This document shows positions 32,948 through 38,126 of a stretch of 38,126 bases of DNA, piece by piece. Position numbers and translations under genes: made by a program. A model generated the notes under the pieces. The model ran no database searches and was not told the origin of the DNA. It worked only from the letters and a program-made list of their open reading frames with translations. The stretch covers positions 1-38,126 of IMG/VR virus record IMGVR_UViG_3300037420_000127; one strand, 5' to 3'. Within the stretch, counting starts at the first letter, position 1; each line of letters begins with the position of its first letter. Source of the stretch: a virus. Its lineage: Duplodnaviria; Caudoviricetes.

Positions 32948-33400
32948 ATGGGCGATCTTTCAACGCTTGCAACCCGTATGCGTGGGCTTGCCCAAGCGAT
33001 CCCCGATCGGGCGTCTAGGATCGCGGCGGACACGGCAAACGCGGTTATGGCCGTCCTAGAAGCCCCGCCTCCGGAAGGAACGCCGGTCGACACGTCACAA
33101 GCCTTGTCCAACTGGCAAGTCGGTTTGAACTCGCCGGTCGACGATCGAATTCCGCCGCTTGTGCCCGGCCAAAAGGGTTCGACGCAAGCCGCTTCGTCGA
33201 CGGCGGCACTGGCGATCGCGGAACAAACGCTGTTGCTGAAGAAGGCTGGCGAAACGATTTACATTTCGAACGCCCTGCCTTACATTCGCCGCCTGAATGA
33301 CGAGGGTTACAGCCCACAATCCGACCACTTCGTTGAACGGGCTGTTCTAGCGGGAAAAGCTTTCCTTGCAACGGCGCGGGGGCGACTGTTCAAGGACTAG
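32948..33400 (+). CDS. Tail completion / neck protein (HK97 gp10-like)
   Basis: TPVDTSQALSNW...IYISNALPYIRRLN. Confidence 0.8.
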   Translation: MGDLSTLATRMRGLAQAIPDRASRIAADTANAVMAVLEAPPPEGTPVDTSQALSNWQVGLNSPVDDRIPPLVPGQKGSTQAASSTAALAIAEQTLLLKKAGETIYISNALPYIRRLNDEGYSPQSDHFVERAVLAGKAFLATARGRLFKD

Positions 33401-33414
33401 CGCGGGGGGAATGA

Positions 33415-36400
33415 ATGTCCGGTTCCGACGATCGTATTGACGTAGTTGTAACGGACGGCGTTGATCCCAACGTTGCGCTGAAACTAAATGCGATCGCCGA
33501 TAGCGCGGATCGCGGTCAAGCGTCTGTACTGAAGCTGAAAGCCGAACTTGCCGCGATCACCGCGACGCCGGTTCAAAAACTTGCCGCCGAAACGGAAACC
33601 GCAACGGCGACGATCAACAAGCAACTGTCGACGCAATCGGCACTCGCCAAAGCAACCGACGCAAGCGCAGCGTCCGACGTAAAAGCCGCAACGACGAAGG
33701 GCAGTCTTACGGCTGCGATCGACGCTGAAGCCGCCGCGCAAGCCCGGCTCGCCGCCGTCATTGACAAGACGATCGCGCGACAGGAAGCCGCTAACGCTGC
33801 CGCCGCGTCGACGACGTTCGCCAAGGGCGGCAACCCATTTCAGGGCGAAGCCAACCTTGCGGCGCAAGCTGCTAGTGTGGGCAGCGCTGCTAAGGCAATG
33901 GAAGCGTCTGTCGTCGAAAGCGAAGTCGCAACCGTTAGCAGCTTTGGCCGGATCAAGAACGCCGCGTTGAACGCGTTCGACTTCCTTCGCGATGCTCTTT
34001 ACGCGCAAGGGGCGAAGTTCCAAGGTTTCTTAGGCGCTGGCGGCGTAGCGACGATCGAAAATGAAGCGGGCGCGATTGAAAAAGTCGGAACGACCGTCAA
34101 GACTAACTCGCGCGCGATCACTGAAAGCCTTGTCCTTGTCCGCGAAGGAATGCGCGGCAACTTTACGCGCATGGCCGGATCGGCGTCGATCCTTGCGGGC
34201 GCGCTTGGCATTCTGAACGCTGCGATCCCCGTTGCAATCGCCGGACTTGTCGGCTTCGCCGCTGCGAAAATTTCATTGAACACGCAAGCCGAACAAGATC
34301 ATTTGAAAGCGTACGCCGAAAGCTTGGGCTTGACCGAAAAGGAAATGCGCAAGCTAAAAGATACGACCGTCGACGCGTCCGGCGCGCTGAAGTCGCATAA
34401 CGATTTGCAAATCACGTTCGGCGACGTATTTCATGGCGTCGTAAAGACGATCGAAGACGGCGTTAAGTCGATCGGCGATTATTACGGCGTAACGTCGCAA
34501 GAGGCAGCGGACTTCACGTCGAACGCGATTACGTTCCTGAAGGACTTCTTTTCGTACATGGTCGGCGGCGTGTACGCGACCGGCAAGTTCATTTATACCG
34601 AAGTAGTCAATATTTTCACACTTGCGTACGATACAGGACGTGTTGCGGGCAACGCGATTTACGTCATGTACGCCACATTAGCGAACGGTGTTATTGCGCT
34701 GTTCAACGGCGTCGCAACGATCGCAAATGCCGTTTCGAACGGGCTTGGCAAAGGCGACGTTCTTACCAAAATGGAATATTTGGACGGTCGACTTGGCAAC
34801 ATTACAAACGGGTTGAAGGGCTTTAAGGGCGAAGACTTTTTCGGCGATGTTCGGAACGGAGCGCAAGCGACGAACAAGGTATTGGATCAGACGGCGAAGA
34901 ACATTCGCGGTGCCGCCGACGCGCGCGTGAAGGCGGAAGCCGACGCGATCAAAGCGAACCGTAATCCCGCCAAAGCCAAGCACGATCCGAAGACGAAGGA
35001 AGACTATTTAGACGACACTAACAAAAAGCTTGACGACGAACTGTCGCGTATGTCGCTACTGAAGGACGCGCGCGAGGAACAACAGCGCTTGGATCAAATC
35101 GAAGAAGAATTTCAAAAGCGCCGCCAGCCGCTTACGCAAGCCGAAATTGACGGCTTCAAAAAGAAAATCGACGCAATCATTCAGTACAAGTATCAGCAAG
35201 CGGAAATGGATCGGATTTACGAGCAAGTGTCCGGCCCACAACGCACGTACAACGCGACGATCGCGGCTGCGAACGACCTTCAGTCGCGCGGCGTGATTAC
35301 GACTGCGCAGTATAAGCAAGCGCTCGCCGACGCAACGCTTGCGCTCGCTAATTCGAAAGGTCCGACAGACAGCGCGATCGTAGCGTACGACACGCTGCAA
35401 GACAAGCTTGCCCAAATCGCTGTTTGGCAAGAAAACTTTGTCAAGTCGAACGGGAAGTTCGGGATCAGTCAGGCTGAAGCCGCGCAACAGACGAACATTG
35501 CGAACCGCGCGTATCAAGAAGCGATCGATCCGCTGTTTCAAATGAAAAACGCAATGACGGATGCGATGAACGCTGCGAAGCTTTACGGCGACGAAGTTCA
35601 GCAAAATGCCTATTATCAGCAAATCCGCAATCAGCTTCTTCAGAAGGGCATTGTAATTTCGCCGACATACGTTGCCGGGATAAATGCGCAAGTTGACGCG
35701 TTGATGAACCAAAACAAGCAACTTCAGCTTCAGCAAAAAATTCAGTCGACCGTCGCGAACATCGTCAATCCGATGCTGCAAGATCGCGAAATGCTTTCAA
35801 ACAAGCAAAAGTATTACGACGAACTAAACCGCATGGCCGATCAGTACAATTTGAGCGAAGCGCAGCGCGCACAAGCCCGCTACGCGCTCGAAATGCAGTT
35901 TAACCAAAATCGGCTTCAGGCAATGTCCGACACGTTCGGCCAACTCGCGCAACTGTCTTCGTCCGGCAACAAAAAGCTGGCGATGATCGGAAAGGCCGCT
36001 GCGATCGCGCAAGCGACAATTGACGGTATCATGGCTGTTCAGAAAGCGCTTGCGAGCGCCCCGCCGCCGTGGAACGTGATTGAAGCTGGCGTAATCGGCG
36101 CTATGACAGGCGTTAACGTCGCGAAGATCATTTCAACCCCCGTAGGCAGCTACCGCGACGGCGGCGACTTCATTGTTCAGGGCAACGCCGGGATCGACAA
36201 AAACAATATCAACATGGACGTATCGCGCGGCGAGCGCGTAACGATCCAAACGCCGGAACAACAGCGCCAAGCGGCGAAGGGCGGCGGCGCTGCGAAGCCT
36301 GTCCTTGTTCAACCGAAGATCGTAAATATCATTGATCCGAAAATGGCGCTTGACGCCATGTCTAGCCGCGACGGCGACGGCGTAATTATGAACTTTATCG

Positions 36401-36438
36401 AACGCAACGCATCGCAAATTCAAAGGGTTCTTTCCTAA
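33415..36438 (+). CDS. Tape measure protein
   Basis: 1007 aa, Ala-rich and helical; C-terminal KAAAIAQATI...YRDGG...GERV. Confidence 0.9.
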   Translation: MSGSDDRIDVVVTDGVDPNVALKLNAIADSADRGQASVLKLKAELAAITATPVQKLAAETETATATINKQLSTQSALAKATDASAASDVKAATTKGSLTAAIDAEAAAQARLAAVIDKTIARQEAANAAAASTTFAKGGNPFQGEANLAAQAASVGSAAKAMEASVVESEVATVSSFGRIKNAALNAFDFLRDALYAQGAKFQGFLGAGGVATIENEAGAIEKVGTTVKTNSRAITESLVLVREGMRGNFTRMAGSASILAGALGILNAAIPVAIAGLVGFAAAKISLNTQAEQDHLKAYAESLGLTEKEMRKLKDTTVDASGALKSHNDLQITFGDVFHGVVKTIEDGVKSIGDYYGVTSQEAADFTSNAITFLKDFFSYMVGGVYATGKFIYTEVVNIFTLAYDTGRVAGNAIYVMYATLANGVIALFNGVATIANAVSNGLGKGDVLTKMEYLDGRLGNITNGLKGFKGEDFFGDVRNGAQATNKVLDQTAKNIRGAADARVKAEADAIKANRNPAKAKHDPKTKEDYLDDTNKKLDDELSRMSLLKDAREEQQRLDQIEEEFQKRRQPLTQAEIDGFKKKIDAIIQYKYQQAEMDRIYEQVSGPQRTYNATIAAANDLQSRGVITTAQYKQALADATLALANSKGPTDSAIVAYDTLQDKLAQIAVWQENFVKSNGKFGISQAEAAQQTNIANRAYQEAIDPLFQMKNAMTDAMNAAKLYGDEVQQNAYYQQIRNQLLQKGIVISPTYVAGINAQVDALMNQNKQLQLQQKIQSTVANIVNPMLQDREMLSNKQKYYDELNRMADQYNLSEAQRAQARYALEMQFNQNRLQAMSDTFGQLAQLSSSGNKKLAMIGKAAAIAQATIDGIMAVQKALASAPPPWNVIEAGVIGAMTGVNVAKIISTPVGSYRDGGDFIVQGNAGIDKNNINMDVSRGERVTIQTPEQQRQAAKGGGAAKPVLVQPKIVNIIDPKMALDAMSSRDGDGVIMNFIERNASQIQRVLS

Positions 36439-37367
36439 TGGCGCATACGACCGGAACAGCAACCGACTATCACGATCTTTTAGCTAAGCTAGAAGCGTAT
36501 TTGCTCGCGCAAGGTTGGACAATCAACGATTACGCGGCTGGCGCGACAATCACTGATCCGTCGCACTTGTACGTTACTGCGCCGGGCAACGTCGGCGGAC
36601 AGAAACCGAAGATCGCAATTCTAACCGATTGCAACACGGTTGCGAACGCGTACGGTTGGCAAATTTGCGCGTATCCGAATTACGATCCCGCTCGCGCGTT
36701 CGGCACGCAAGACAACAACAGCCCGATCATTCACTATTGTTTGTGGCAAAACGCAATCGATTATTGGTTCTACGTCAACGACACGCGGTTCATTGTCGTT
36801 GCGAAGATCGGCGTATATTATATCAGCATGTACGCCGGGTTCTTCCTGCCGTATGCGTTGCCCACAGAATATCCTTATCCGTATTTCATTGGCGCGACGT
36901 TCTCCACACTTCAACCGTACAACTTGAACAACGCCGGAATGCGATCGTTTTGCGATCCGGGTTACGGGGCAGCGTACTACTTCCGCCGATCGCTAAGTTG
37001 GGGCATGTTCGACAACTCGCTTCAGGAAGGCAACAGCGACGACGCTTACGCCGGTTACAACGGGCCTGTCATTTGGCCGTACCGCACGCCGTACGGCGAT
37101 AGCAGCGAAAGCGACACGTACGACATGGGATCAGGCTTCTTCAAGAACATGCGTCCCCCGCTTGGCGGCAAAATGCCGTTGCTTCAGTGTCAGATTATTG
37201 ACGCTGGCGCTCGCGTTATCGCCGGTTGCCTTGACGGCGTGTTTGCGACCGGCGGTTTCAACCGCGTCGTTGAACAAACTATCGTCGACGGCGCAACGAC
37301 GTATCGGCTGTTCATTCAGCAAAACCGGAACACGCCGAAAGGCTTCTTTGCAGTTGAGGAAGTATAA
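36438..37367 (+). CDS. Virion structural (tail tip region) protein
   Basis: Directly after the TMP; GTAT...LL..L..YL...GWT, YWFYVND.RFIVVAK; aromatic-rich. Confidence 0.75.
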   Translation: MAHTTGTATDYHDLLAKLEAYLLAQGWTINDYAAGATITDPSHLYVTAPGNVGGQKPKIAILTDCNTVANAYGWQICAYPNYDPARAFGTQDNNSPIIHYCLWQNAIDYWFYVNDTRFIVVAKIGVYYISMYAGFFLPYALPTEYPYPYFIGATFSTLQPYNLNNAGMRSFCDPGYGAAYYFRRSLSWGMFDNSLQEGNSDDAYAGYNGPVIWPYRTPYGDSSESDTYDMGSGFFKNMRPPLGGKMPLLQCQIIDAGARVIAGCLDGVFATGGFNRVVEQTIVDGATTYRLFIQQNRNTPKGFFAVEEV

Positions 37368-38126
37368 TGCACTTTCTACAGACGAACGCGGTTGACCTTA
37401 ACGGCTTGCTGATCGCGCTTAGGAACTTCCTTTCTGCTAACGGTTGGACGGTCCTTGCAGACGGAACCGGGGGCGGGGGGCTTACGCTCGAAATGACGAA
37501 CGGCAACGGACATTCGTTTGCTTTTTCGTCAATTACGCAAGCGCAAGTTTCGTTCGCTACTGGCGCTGGCGTCGGCTTCAACGATCGGCTTCTTCGCGTC
37601 GCCTTTCAAAAGGCTGATATCGGAATGGCGGCGGGTTATACGTCGCATCCGGCGGACACAAACGACATGGCCGGTCCGTTCGCAAACCTTTGGTTCGTAA
37701 CAGACGCCGCCGCGACATACTGTCATGTTGTCGCGCAAACCGGCAACGCGCGGTACGCGCACTTCAGTTTCGGAGATTTGGACAACGGCGGCTTGCACGC
37801 GGCGACGCTTCCGTACGCATTTGGGTTGTATTATCAGTATTGGCCGATCGCTAACAATTGGGCGACTTCGTTTCAGCCGTTCATGCAAGCGGCGAACGGC
37901 ACGCATAATGTGGGCTTTTACGTTGAACGGGCGTCAAGTGAAATTGTCGCCAATACCGGCTTCGCGGCTCGCGTCGGCGTGCCGGACGGCGTTGTTGATC
38001 CGGCGCTTGGTTTCACAGACGGTCCGATTGAAAGTCCGATCCTTCGTTCCAATACGCTTCGCGCTTGCAGTTCGGATGCCAACGCGCCCGGCGCTGGCGA
38101 ATTCCTAGACTTCCTTTTCCTGTACG
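37367..38126 (+). CDS. Second virion structural protein, paralogue-like to the previous gene (truncated)
   Basis: Manual translation MHFLQTNAVDLNGLLIALRNFLSANGWTV...LWFVTD...HVVAQ...HFSFG is open to the window end; TAATG coupling; absent from the track. Confidence 0.8.
   Translation, partial: MHFLQTNAVDLNGLLIALRNFLSANGWTVLADGTGGGGLTLEMTNGNGHSFAFSSITQAQVSFATGAGVGFNDRLLRVAFQKADIGMAAGYTSHPADTNDMAGPFANLWFVTDAAATYCHVVAQTGNARYAHFSFGDLDNGGLHAATLPYAFGLYYQYWPIANNWATSFQPFMQAANGTHNVGFYVERASSEIVANTGFAARVGVPDGVVDPALGFTDGPIESPILRSNTLRACSSDANAPGAGEFLDFLFLY

Overview
The window is most of the genome of a tailed dsDNA phage (siphovirus), cut inside a gene at both ends. Gene content and order resemble Pseudomonas phage 73 / Burkholderia phage KL1-like phages, from my recall of those genomes rather than a search. 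Left arm (minus strand, 1-8804): family-B DNA polymerase (absent from the ORF track because it runs off the window), sliding clamp, SF2 helicase, Cas4/RecB-like exonuclease, SSB, Sak4-like ATPase. A divergent promoter leads to an HTH gene, a primase-helicase and a likely replication origin (~11655-11870). From 11949 to 20416 lies a dense island of about 25 small genes with many TTGACA promoters, repeated RBS cassettes and hairpins. It includes candidate Rmf-like, Flp-pilin-like, Tad2/DUF2829-like, Acb2-like, metallothionein-like, VRR-NUC and MazG-like proteins. Then come the lysis cassette, terminases, portal, head and tail genes (with a -1 frameshift tail chaperone), tape measure and two paralogous tail proteins. 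I saw no integrase, tRNA or CRISPR array. GGAG/CTCC and GANTC look strongly depleted, which hints at an alphaproteobacterial host (inference). All family calls are by-eye motif recognition.
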